From: a virus
Taxonomy: Duplodnaviria > Caudoviricetes
Reading direction: 5' to 3' (one strand)
Length of the DNA stretch: 27,323 nt
IMG/VR virus record: IMGVR_UViG_3300020382_000112
Location: 1 to 27,323 of that record
Part shown: positions 1-7,932 of the stretch, piece by piece
Layout: each line of letters starts with the position of its first letter
Position numbering within the stretch: position 1 is the first letter of the stretch
Notes under the pieces: model-generated
Told to the model about the DNA's origin: nothing
What the model saw: only the letters and a program-made list of their open reading frames with translations
Databases searched by the model: none
Position numbers and translations under genes: made by a program

Positions 1-264
1 CTCTTGGCCGTGATCGAAGATATATGCAAAGTGAGCAACACTAATCCAGTTCTTCTGGTCAATCTCACCATGCTCGTCAAATCCGACAGGCTTATCAGCT
101 CCTCGTAATAGAAGCGTCATTTGTCCCATGTCACATGCTTCGACGTTCTCCTTAATCGTCTTATAAGTGCTGTGGATACCGTCGAACTCACCTTCGCCAT
201 AAACAGCGACAGAATAGCCACGAGCTACCGCCCACTTGATCAAATGTAAATGTGCTTTTTGCAT
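1..264 (-). CDS. Hypothetical early protein, runs off the window edge (MQKAHLHLIKWAVARGYSVAVYGEGEFDG...)
   Basis: Not in the ORF track; translated by hand and open for 88 codons. ATG overlaps the upstream TGA (TGATG), with SD AAGGAGGT at 271-278. Confidence 0.8.
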   Translation of the reverse strand, partial: MQKAHLHLIKWAVARGYSVAVYGEGEFDGIHSTYKTIKENVEACDMGQMTLLLRGADKPVGFDEHGEIDQKNWISVAHFAYIFDHGQE

Positions 265-503
265 CACGACACCTCCTTAATTGTTGGGTGGTAATCCTCG
301 TCCTCAAGATCACGATCTATAGCCATGTCGATCATCTCCTCACGTATCGCCATTAACTTAGATTCCCAGAGACCGCACTGGTCGCCCCAGTCGTCATTGT
401 GGGCAAACTTCTCTTCCTCGAGCGGGATACTCGCTTTCCAAATAGTTTCGGCCATGTTTCTGATAACCTTGGTCTCTGCCTGCCATTGCTCTCTAGTCTT
501 CAT
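264..503 (-). CDS. Hypothetical acidic early protein, 79 aa
   Basis: ORF track; SD GAGGTG; ATGA overlap with the upstream ORF. Confidence 0.8.
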   Translation of the reverse strand: MKTREQWQAETKVIRNMAETIWKASIPLEEEKFAHNDDWGDQCGLWESKLMAIREEMIDMAIDRDLEDEDYHPTIKEVS

Positions 504-679
504 GCTTTCACCTCGTCATTAGTAGTAGGGTTAGTAATCTTGGCCGCTAGATTCCAAGCCAACATAGCGCCATGCCATGCGGCTACCTTCTCCGCGCCAT
601 TCATGGCCTCAATGATGTTCGTTAGCTCGTCCATGTCTTCCGGTGTGTGCCAAAGGTTTACTGGGCTAATTGTCTTCAT
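500..679 (-). CDS. Hypothetical early protein, 59 aa (MKTISPVNLWHTPEDMDELTNIIEAMNGAEKVAAWHGAMLAWNLAAKITNPTTNDEVKA)
   Basis: Not in the ORF track; translated by hand. SD AAGGAG; ATGA overlaps at both ends fill the gap between neighbours exactly. Confidence 0.8.
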   Translation of the reverse strand: MKTISPVNLWHTPEDMDELTNIIEAMNGAEKVAAWHGAMLAWNLAAKITNPTTNDEVKA

Positions 680-972
680 GCCGCTTGCTCCTTATTAAGT
701 GGGTGCGGTGATCCGGTAAGTGTCGATCGTGATCGGCTATTAAAGTGCTTATTGAGTACCCTAGTCTTCAGCTCCTCGAACTGAGCTTCCAATTCTCTAA
801 GCTCATCAATGTCAGAGTAATCTCTGCCAGACTGAAACACTGCGAGGCCATACAGGTCATTAATAGTACAAACCTCCCAACGCTCAAGGTACTCACTGCG
901 ACTAAGTGTCGTGCCGTCCTTATCTAACCAACTACTAACTGCTATCCGGTAGTTATCATCTGTAATACTCAT
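676..972 (-). CDS. Hypothetical early protein, 98 aa (MSITDDNY...)
   Basis: Track ORF 676..1065 re-started at ATG 972, which has SD AAGGGGA. The longer version would run through the promoter. Confidence 0.75.
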   Translation of the reverse strand: MSITDDNYRIAVSSWLDKDGTTLSRSEYLERWEVCTINDLYGLAVFQSGRDYSDIDELRELEAQFEELKTRVLNKHFNSRSRSTLTGSPHPLNKEQAA

Positions 973-1045
973 GGTGTTCCCCTTACTGGTTATGTATACA
1001 GTAGCCAATTCAGGCTTGGCCCTTGCCTTGGCTCGAGTATAAACA

Positions 1046-1075
1046 TAATCAATGTGTATAAGCAAGCAGATATAT
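1046..1075 (-). promoter_or_regulatory. Sigma70-like early promoter
   Basis: Minus strand reads TTGCTT-N18-TATACT, with an AT-rich tract upstream, about 70 nt before the first leftward gene. Confidence 0.65.
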
Positions 1076-1206
1076 ACTTAATGTGTGTATTTTATTAGAT
1101 CGAGAATAACCTGGCACTAAACCGGATAGACAGAGCTAGATATTATGTGTCCACCCATGTAGTAAGTAACACGGTGTATGCCGCACACAATGAACAACTA
1201 AAAGAT

Positions 1207-1277
1207 TAATCACTCAAGACAACTCACGCTAACTGATGCTCCCCTCATTAGTTGGCTTGGGCGGTCTTGGGTGATTA
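1207..1277 (+). ncRNA. Long RNA hairpin (candidate sRNA or RNase III site)
   Basis: 32-nt arms (1207-1238 and 1246-1277) give 25 Watson-Crick pairs, 4 G-U pairs and 3 mismatches; loop CTCCCCT. Confidence 0.55.
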
Positions 1278-1338
1278 CCTCTAACCGCCTACAACTACAT
1301 CTATAACCTTAGCTTGGGTCTTAGTGGTAATGGTATGC

Positions 1339-1424
1339 AGACAAGGGATAGACGAGAGAGACAGCGAGAGAGGACGAGAGAGGGACTGAGGCCGCATTTG
1401 TAAAGAAGACTCAAGCCCTTGTCT
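1339..1424. repeat. Three CGAGAGAG direct repeats framed by a 9-bp inverted repeat
   Basis: GACGAGAGAG / AGCGAGAGAG / GACGAGAGAG within ~1351-1383; AGACAAGGG at 1339-1347 and CCCTTGTCT at 1416-1424. Confidence 0.7.
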
Positions 1425-1524
1425 CTATAATTTTCGCTAATGTCAGAATCTCCACCATCGTCTACCCTGCTGAGTAGCCAAAGAGGTCACGGATTATTTA
1501 TCCGTTGCATAATAACTGTATGTA

Positions 1525-1537
1525 AATCAATGCCTTA
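1525..1537 (+). promoter_or_regulatory. IHF-consensus site
   Basis: AATCAA-TGCC-TTA matches WATCAA-N4-TTR, with an AT-rich 5' flank. Confidence 0.45.
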
Positions 1538-1668
1538 CCTGTTAAACGTAGGATTCCTGCTAGTTTTTTCGATAGGGGGTGCATTGTTCTTTATTTTCGA
1601 TTTAACAATGTCGTTAAACCCCTTGTTGTTGTTGTTATTGTTCGACCTTTTAAAGAGGAGTAGAGATT

Positions 1669-1821
1669 TTGAAATACACATTTAGTAATGACTTTAAGCG
1701 TTTTGGCTACTTGCATTTACTTCCTGAGTTTGAACTGGGGGTAGCGGCCGATGGGTCTTTAAACCACATCCGTATTGCGTGGATAACACACGAACTTTGG
1801 ATATCTATTAACAAAGAGTAA
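1669..1821 (+). CDS. Small hypothetical protein, 50 aa (MKYTFSNDFKRFGYLHLLPEFELGVAADGSLNHIRIAWITHELWISINKE)
   Basis: Not in the track. TTG start 8 nt after SD GAGGAG; stops 5 nt before the next ATG. Confidence 0.6.
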   Translation: MKYTFSNDFKRFGYLHLLPEFELGVAADGSLNHIRIAWITHELWISINKE

Positions 1822-1826
1822 TAATC

Positions 1827-2666
1827 ATGGGATTAGAAAATAGCGGTAACAGTAATGGTAAGTTCATAGACAGTCTGGACATAAATTTCCCAGAGGCCAC
1901 AGACGCACTCTCTCAGGCTGATGAGCATATACGTTATATAAAGGAGGCTGTAACCAAGTCCTTCCCAAACGTCACTGGTGCAGTCACAGCTACTCACGAT
2001 GATCTTAATAAAGTAACAGCTATAAGCACAGACGGTAGTACCCCTAGTCTGGCTACTGGTATTACCTCTGATCAAGTCAAGACACTACTTACCATTGCAG
2101 ATACAGCTATTACTACAAGTACAAACGGTAGCGGTGTAGTCACCCCATCGTTAGCCACAGGCGTTTCAGCCGAAGCGATTAGAACCTTGATCGGCCTTAG
2201 CGAGTCTGGCCTGTCTCTCCTTGCGCCTTACCCTGTGGGGGCTATTTATACCTCCGTAGTATCTACGAGTCCCGATAGTCTCTTTGGTGGTACGTGGGTT
2301 TCTATCGGCCAAGGTAAAGTTCTGGTAGGTAACGATGATTCCGTCCTAGATGCAGATGCAGGGACTCCAGACGCTGATCCCGATTTTGTTGCCCCCTCTA
2401 CGGATGGCAGTGTGATGTTGATGGGCGGTTCTAAAACATACAGTACCAATGTAACCGTACCTAGAGATGGTTGGGGTAACGTACAGGACGGTGATCAGTT
2501 AGCAGAGCCTACTCCGGCAGGCCACTTAATTACTGGTGATGGAAGTAGCGACAACCAGAACTTTAATAACTTAGCGATTGCCTCTGATGATAGAACTTTT
2601 ACTACAGCAACTTTCTCTTCACTACAGCCCTACATGGTTGTCTATATGTGGAAGCGTACGGTTTAA
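1827..2666 (+). CDS. Virion appendage protein with T4 gp10-like C-terminal domain
   Basis: C-terminal YPVGAIY..SPDSLFGGTW..G.G.VLVG...LQPYMVVYMWKRT signature; two TPSLATG repeats in the stalk. Confidence 0.7.
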   Translation: MGLENSGNSNGKFIDSLDINFPEATDALSQADEHIRYIKEAVTKSFPNVTGAVTATHDDLNKVTAISTDGSTPSLATGITSDQVKTLLTIADTAITTSTNGSGVVTPSLATGVSAEAIRTLIGLSESGLSLLAPYPVGAIYTSVVSTSPDSLFGGTWVSIGQGKVLVGNDDSVLDADAGTPDADPDFVAPSTDGSVMLMGGSKTYSTNVTVPRDGWGNVQDGDQLAEPTPAGHLITGDGSSDNQNFNNLAIASDDRTFTTATFSSLQPYMVVYMWKRTV

Positions 2667-2707
2667 CGTACAGAATAAGAAACAATGTATAACATAAGGA
2701 ACAAAAG

Positions 2708-4348
2708 ATGGGACAGCTATTACCAGTAAGAGATGTGGGTAGTATTGGAGTTGTCACAGATATACGTCCTGCGTCTTTACCGATCAATGCTTTTAGTAGA
2801 GCTAAGAACGTGAGATTTGACGAGGGTAAGGTAGGGCGATCCCCTGTCTTTAGAAACATTAAAGATCCTTTAGGATTCAACCCTAGATTCACCTACGGTG
2901 TCCCTTCTCACTCTAGCGGTAACTTTGCCTCTATTGTCTTGGTGTCTGACACCTATGAGTTTCAGGCTTATGCCAATAGTAGCTTAATATCTAAACAAGG
3001 AACTCTAGCCTCTACAGCGTCTAGCGGTAATCCTTTCACTGGCACTTCTCTAGCTGACATAGTTTATATAAACCGTATAGACCAACCGCCTGTCCACATG
3101 GCGAATGGTGGCTCACAGTTTCAAGAATTAGCAAACTTCCGTTCTACTGATTCAGACGGTAACACTGTCTTATGGAGAGCAGAATCAATCAGAGCCTATG
3201 GTGATTTTCTTATAGCTCTAAATTTAACTGAGGGCGGCACTAGCTTTCCCTCCAGAGTTAGATTCTCTACGCCTGCTTTAGCTAACAATGTGCCTAGCAC
3301 ATGGAACGAATCGGATACTACAGCCTCCGCAGGCTTCAATGATCTAGTACAAATGAAAACAGGCATAGTCGATGGTTTGACTCTAGGCACTGCGTTCATT
3401 GTCTACTCTAAAGATCAAGTGTGGTTGATGGAATTTGTTGGTGGTACATTCATACATAACTTCAGAAAACTCTTTAGTGACTGTGGTGTTATCAACCAAA
3501 ACTGTATTGCAGAAATTGAAGGCGCACATTACGTCTTTGATCACAATGATATTTATATACACGACACTATCACACGCCAATCTATTGTTGATTCCAGAGT
3601 TAAATCTTATATCTTTGGTGGTCTTAATACATCCAAGCTAAACAGATGTTTTGTACACCACAATTCCGATTTAGATGAAGTCATGTTCTGCTATGTATCG
3701 GGTGACGATATGGCCGAGTTCACTAACGGTGACAGATGTAATAGGGCCGCAGTGTTCAATTACAAAAGCCAAACATGGTCGTTTGTAGATTTACCGAATG
3801 TAAGTAGCTCTACGCATGGAACTATTAGTTCATCTATAACTTACCAGAACAGCAACACTTACGAGACCATTGGTGGTTCGTACTATTCTCAAGAGGCAGG
3901 CTATGACGAACACAGTCTGTTTGTCGGTGAGCAAAGTAGTGCCGATGGAATTACCGGATCAAAACTCTATGGCTTAGACCTAAGTGATGCCGGGTCTCTA
4001 TCTTTCGGACTCGACCCAGAGGCTAACAAACCTCCTTTCCTAGAAAGAGAGGGTATAGACCTTGATGGTATGTCCCCCCTGAGTGGCTACAAAGTCATAT
4101 CAAAGATATTCCCACAGGTAGCTACTGATAACACTGATAAGAAATTTGTCTTTACTTTTGGGTCTACTGATTTGATGGGGTCTAATACAGACTACAGTTC
4201 AAGTACTTCCTTTGATGGCGCTACAGATTACAAGATTGATACGCGAGAGTCTGGAAGATACTTGTCTTACAAGATGACTGTAACAGATGACAAAGACTTT
4301 GACTTTTTAGGATTTGATTTGGATGTATTAACTACTGGTAGGAGGTAG
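2708..4348 (+). CDS. Tail nozzle / packaged-DNA stabilisation protein (P22 gp10 / T7 gp12-like)
   Basis: 546 aa, beta-rich; N-terminal GVVTD..P..LP.NAFS..KNVRF; C-terminal GRYLSYK...D....GRR; lies before the ejection genes. Confidence 0.65.
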   Translation: MGQLLPVRDVGSIGVVTDIRPASLPINAFSRAKNVRFDEGKVGRSPVFRNIKDPLGFNPRFTYGVPSHSSGNFASIVLVSDTYEFQAYANSSLISKQGTLASTASSGNPFTGTSLADIVYINRIDQPPVHMANGGSQFQELANFRSTDSDGNTVLWRAESIRAYGDFLIALNLTEGGTSFPSRVRFSTPALANNVPSTWNESDTTASAGFNDLVQMKTGIVDGLTLGTAFIVYSKDQVWLMEFVGGTFIHNFRKLFSDCGVINQNCIAEIEGAHYVFDHNDIYIHDTITRQSIVDSRVKSYIFGGLNTSKLNRCFVHHNSDLDEVMFCYVSGDDMAEFTNGDRCNRAAVFNYKSQTWSFVDLPNVSSSTHGTISSSITYQNSNTYETIGGSYYSQEAGYDEHSLFVGEQSSADGITGSKLYGLDLSDAGSLSFGLDPEANKPPFLEREGIDLDGMSPLSGYKVISKIFPQVATDNTDKKFVFTFGSTDLMGSNTDYSSSTSFDGATDYKIDTRESGRYLSYKMTVTDDKDFDFLGFDLDVLTTGRR

Positions 4349-4350
4349 GT

Positions 4351-6039
4351 ATGACTAGACCTTTAGTCGGTTATAGGCGTAACACACCTCCCATCTTGAA
4401 ACCTAAATCTCCCAAAGTACACGGCATAGATAATCGTTTGCCTCCTTTGGAATTGCCTACGACTCCCTCAGAGAAATACATGGGGGAGGAACTACAGAGA
4501 ATTGAGAACAGACTTGATACGGCTAACCGAGTTACAGAAACAGTAAACGATGGTGTTGTCGAAGTTAATCAGACTGTTATAGATATTGCCGCCACGGTAG
4601 AAGATAACACTGCGGCTATAGCTCAAGAAGCTGTAGTACGAGCAGGAGCAGACTCTGCTTCAGCACAGTTAATTACTGATTTGTCTGCTACGGTGGTTAC
4701 TAACCAGAGTACTAATACTGCTTCTATCAACAATACACTTACCGCGATGGCTACAGCAGACTCTGCTTTAGCTTCAGATATTACTACGCTAAGTGCTACG
4801 GTCGATACTAACGAGGCTACTGCCGAGGCTCTTGTAGTCACCGAGCAATCAGCAAGGGCAACCGCGTTAGAAGCAGTAGCGACCGATATAACAACTCTGA
4901 ATGCCACAGTCACTACCAATGCGGCTACAGCCGCGGCCGCAGTTACTAACGAACAAACAGCAAGAGCAACTTCTGATTCTGCAATAGCTTCTGACATTAC
5001 TAGTTTAACTGCTACGGTATCCTCTGGCGATGCCGCTAATGCCGCTTCCATAGTTGTTGCAGAGGCGGCAATCGTTGCGGAGCAGACTGCTAGAGCAACA
5101 GCAGATACTGCAACTGCTTCTGACATTACTAGTTTAACTGCTACGGTTACAGGAAACGACACTGCTCAATCAGCCGCAATCACTAATGAACAAACAGCTA
5201 GAGCAACAGCCGACTCTGCCATAGCCACTGATGTTACTAACCTGACTACAACAGTGTCTGACAACAACAATACTCTTACAACTTCAATTAGTAATGAACA
5301 AACAGCAAGGACTAATGCCGACTCTGCCATAGCTACAGACGTTACTAATCTTACATCTACAGTCAATGGTGTTTCAGCCTCTGTAGTCGTAGAAGCCTCA
5401 ACAAGAGCTAGTGCGGATACTACTGCGGCTGACGGAATTGCTACTTTAGAAGCCAAATACGGTGTAACTCTTAACTCTAACGGCTACATTACCGGATTCT
5501 CCCAGAACAATGATGGAACTACTGGTAGTTTTAAAATAATAGCTGATGATTTCCGCATTATTGACCCAAGTGATACTTCAGGCGAGTCAGGGACTCAAGT
5601 GTTCTCTGTCATCGACGGTGTAGTGACAATGGGTACTGCCCATATCGGTAACTTGACGATTGGTACTGGTAAAATCACTGATAACGCTGTGACCGCCTCT
5701 GCCTCTGTAAATATCGTAGGACTCAACAATGAAACAGTCACAAGTACTACCCTAGTAGATCTTTTATCTCTAACTTTTACAGGTTCAGGTGCTACAGCAG
5801 AGGTATTAGGTAACTTTGGTGCGGATGGTTCGGGCAAGAATTTATTACAGATTTATTACTATTTAAACAATTCTCTAGTCAAGGTGAGGAATTACTCAGC
5901 TAGTGGACTTGAAGCGTTCCAGACAACCACAGCGGTTGGCTCAAACACTTTAATTGTTAAAGGTCGTAAGTCCTCAAACAGTTCAGGCAACGCCATCATT
6001 ACTGGGGCGTACCTACGAGTACTGGAGTTAAAGAAATGA
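4351..6039 (+). CDS. Coiled-coil tail spike/fibre with J-like (DUF1983-type) domain
   Basis: Ala/Thr-rich EQTARATAD repeats followed by AKYGVTLNSNGYITGF...FKIIADDFRI; tail chaperone gene follows. Confidence 0.7.
   Translation: MTRPLVGYRRNTPPILKPKSPKVHGIDNRLPPLELPTTPSEKYMGEELQRIENRLDTANRVTETVNDGVVEVNQTVIDIAATVEDNTAAIAQEAVVRAGADSASAQLITDLSATVVTNQSTNTASINNTLTAMATADSALASDITTLSATVDTNEATAEALVVTEQSARATALEAVATDITTLNATVTTNAATAAAAVTNEQTARATSDSAIASDITSLTATVSSGDAANAASIVVAEAAIVAEQTARATADTATASDITSLTATVTGNDTAQSAAITNEQTARATADSAIATDVTNLTTTVSDNNNTLTTSISNEQTARTNADSAIATDVTNLTSTVNGVSASVVVEASTRASADTTAADGIATLEAKYGVTLNSNGYITGFSQNNDGTTGSFKIIADDFRIIDPSDTSGESGTQVFSVIDGVVTMGTAHIGNLTIGTGKITDNAVTASASVNIVGLNNETVTSTTLVDLLSLTFTGSGATAEVLGNFGADGSGKNLLQIYYYLNNSLVKVRNYSASGLEAFQTTTAVGSNTLIVKGRKSSNSSGNAIITGAYLRVLELKK
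4600..5430 (+). repeat. About seven 36-aa (108-nt) coiled-coil repeats
   Basis: Units A(S/T)D(I/V)TxLxxTV...EQTARxxADSAI; a 32-bp exact repeat at 4987-5018 and 5116-5147. Boundaries approximate. Confidence 0.8.
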
Positions 6040-6377
6040 CAAAACAGTACACAGTCATAAATACCAATACGAACGCTGTATTGCGGCATGTAACTTGTTT
6101 AGAGAGTGACAAAGAAGCTAACTGTTCGGTAGGCGAAACTATTGTTGAAGGTATCCTAGAGCCAGAGCAAGCCACTGACAGTGTAATGGATGTTCTACGT
6201 GCCGTAAGAGACGACCTTTTGGCATCTTGTGATTGGACTCAAGTAACTGACAGTCCTCTCACAGAGTCCCAGAGAGCAGAATGGGCTACCTATCGGACAG
6301 CCCTGCGTGACTTACCTAGTAGTAACTCTTCTACAACATCTATCGAAGATGTGACTTGGCCTACAGAGCCTAGCTAG
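6036..6377 (+). CDS. Tail fibre assembly chaperone
   Basis: RDDLLASCDWTQ..DSPL....WATYRTALRDLP....WP..P motif; ATGA-coupled to the spike gene. Confidence 0.85.
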   Translation: MTKQYTVINTNTNAVLRHVTCLESDKEANCSVGETIVEGILEPEQATDSVMDVLRAVRDDLLASCDWTQVTDSPLTESQRAEWATYRTALRDLPSSNSSTTSIEDVTWPTEPS

Positions 6378-6401
6378 GTACTCAAACTAGGAGGCAATAA
6401 C

Positions 6402-6893
6402 GTGGCTAATCTACTCGTAGATGACAAGTTAAAAGCTCAAGTCAAAAACTTTGAAAACACCATTAAAAATGAAGTCGAATCTGGAAACGCTGAGTGCGCT
6501 ATGGATCAGACAACATTAAGGCACTTCTATGTGCCAATTAATGAAGAGTATGGCTGTGGTACATACACCAGAGAACTTACTGTTCCCAAAGGTATGTCTT
6601 TTACTGGCGCATTACATCGACACTCACACATGACTTTTCTTATGAAAGGTGAATTATTAGTAGTATCAGAAACAGGCAAGAAACACATTAAAGCACCCCA
6701 TACATGGGTGACTCCCTCTGGAGCAAAACGTGCTTTTTATGCAGTAGAAGATTCTATCTTAACTAATGTGCATTTAACTAAGCACTTAGGAGAAGAGAAT
6801 TTAGAACAAATGGAGGAAGAGGTTATTGCCCCATCCTACACAGCAATGGGACTAAAAGAACCCGATCTAACAATTTTATTAGCGGAGAAATAA
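6402..6893 (+). CDS. Cupin-fold protein
   Basis: YTRELTVPKG...GALHRHSH.TFLMKGEL...AP.TWVTPSG.KR; GTG start after SD AGGAGG. Confidence 0.65.
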   Translation: MANLLVDDKLKAQVKNFENTIKNEVESGNAECAMDQTTLRHFYVPINEEYGCGTYTRELTVPKGMSFTGALHRHSHMTFLMKGELLVVSETGKKHIKAPHTWVTPSGAKRAFYAVEDSILTNVHLTKHLGEENLEQMEEEVIAPSYTAMGLKEPDLTILLAEK

Positions 6894-6894
6894 C

Positions 6895-7932
6895 ATGGGA
6901 TTTGTAACAGCGGCAATCATTGGTGGTGGTCTAGGAGCTATAGGCGGCTACATGGGAGGAAAACAGGCCGCAGATGCACAAAGGGATGCCGCAGAGATGC
7001 AAGCTGAAGGATTCCGATTTCACAAGCCTTACCTAGAGAGGTCTTACGATGCCGCTGAAGGATACCTGTCTGACTCCATAGATAAAGGAGCTTACCAAGG
7101 ACAAACTTATGCAGGACAAAACCCCTACTCAGCCGCAGGAAACAACTATATCGGTCAAATGGGTGCGATGGGCGCACAAGGCGCGTTTGATATCACCCAA
7201 GCAGGCCAAGGTTTTGCTAACAACTATCAAGACCTCTACCAATCCTCACAAGGAGATAGACTCCAAAACGCCCAAGACTACGCTCTAAACAATTCTGGTG
7301 GCTTAGTTGATGCCGCTATGCGTGATGATAAGCGTAACCTACAAGAAAACACTCTCACTGGCATAGATCAGGCCGCTAGTGGTTCTGGCAACATGAACTC
7401 TAGTCGCGCAGGCGTAGCAGAGGCAGTCGCTAACCGTGGATATGATGATCGCAGGGCAGATACCACTTCAATGATTAACAGAGACTTAATGAATCAGTCT
7501 ATGTCTCAGCAGAATCAACAATTTAAAGATCAAATGTTAGCTAACCAAGGATTACAGCAGTCTTACTCGCAGGGCATTAACTCAATGGGTGCTATGGGTG
7601 ACTTCATGACAGGCGCAGGAAACAATATGCGTAACTATCAGCAAGGATATCTGAATGATCAGAAATCGCGATTTGAGGACGATAGAGATTTCGCTTTAAA
7701 TCAGCAAATTAGATATCAGCAAGGAATCTTAGGTAACGCAGTCAACAATTCTCCTCAAAACCCAGTACAGCAAACAGCAAGCCCAATGGCGGCCGCGTTT
7801 GGCGGTGCTATGCAGGGCGCAAGCGCAGGCATGGGTTTTAGTGATTGGTACAGCGGTCAAGGTAATCCTAGTGGTGGTACTGGTAACGCAGGCGGTACTG
7901 GTAAAACTTACGGTGGAATGGGGGCTATGTAA
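6895..7932 (+). CDS. Putative DNA ejection / internal virion protein (P22 gp7-like position)
   Basis: Gly/Ala hydrophobic N-terminus (AAIIGGGLGAIGG), Gln/Asn-rich body, GNMNSSRAG motif. Confidence 0.65.
   Translation: MGFVTAAIIGGGLGAIGGYMGGKQAADAQRDAAEMQAEGFRFHKPYLERSYDAAEGYLSDSIDKGAYQGQTYAGQNPYSAAGNNYIGQMGAMGAQGAFDITQAGQGFANNYQDLYQSSQGDRLQNAQDYALNNSGGLVDAAMRDDKRNLQENTLTGIDQAASGSGNMNSSRAGVAEAVANRGYDDRRADTTSMINRDLMNQSMSQQNQQFKDQMLANQGLQQSYSQGINSMGAMGDFMTGAGNNMRNYQQGYLNDQKSRFEDDRDFALNQQIRYQQGILGNAVNNSPQNPVQQTASPMAAAFGGAMQGASAGMGFSDWYSGQGNPSGGTGNAGGTGKTYGGMGAM

Noticed and set aside
325-927. Plus-strand ORFs 325..522, 399..698 and 745..927
   Set aside because: Antisense to a coupled minus-strand operon with clear SDs.
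973-1668. tRNA gene in the intergenic junction
   Set aside because: No cloverleaf or TTCGAA-type T-arm with an acceptor stem was found by eye.
1440-1685. 81-aa hydrophobic ORF as a membrane protein
   Set aside because: No SD; hydrophobicity comes from T-rich and (TTG)n non-coding tracts; overlaps the better-supported 1669 ORF.
4623-5837. Minus-strand ORFs opposite the spike gene (and similar ones opposite scaffold, ejection and collagen regions)
   Set aside because: Antisense shadows of repetitive, codon-biased genes; no RBS or recognisable motifs.
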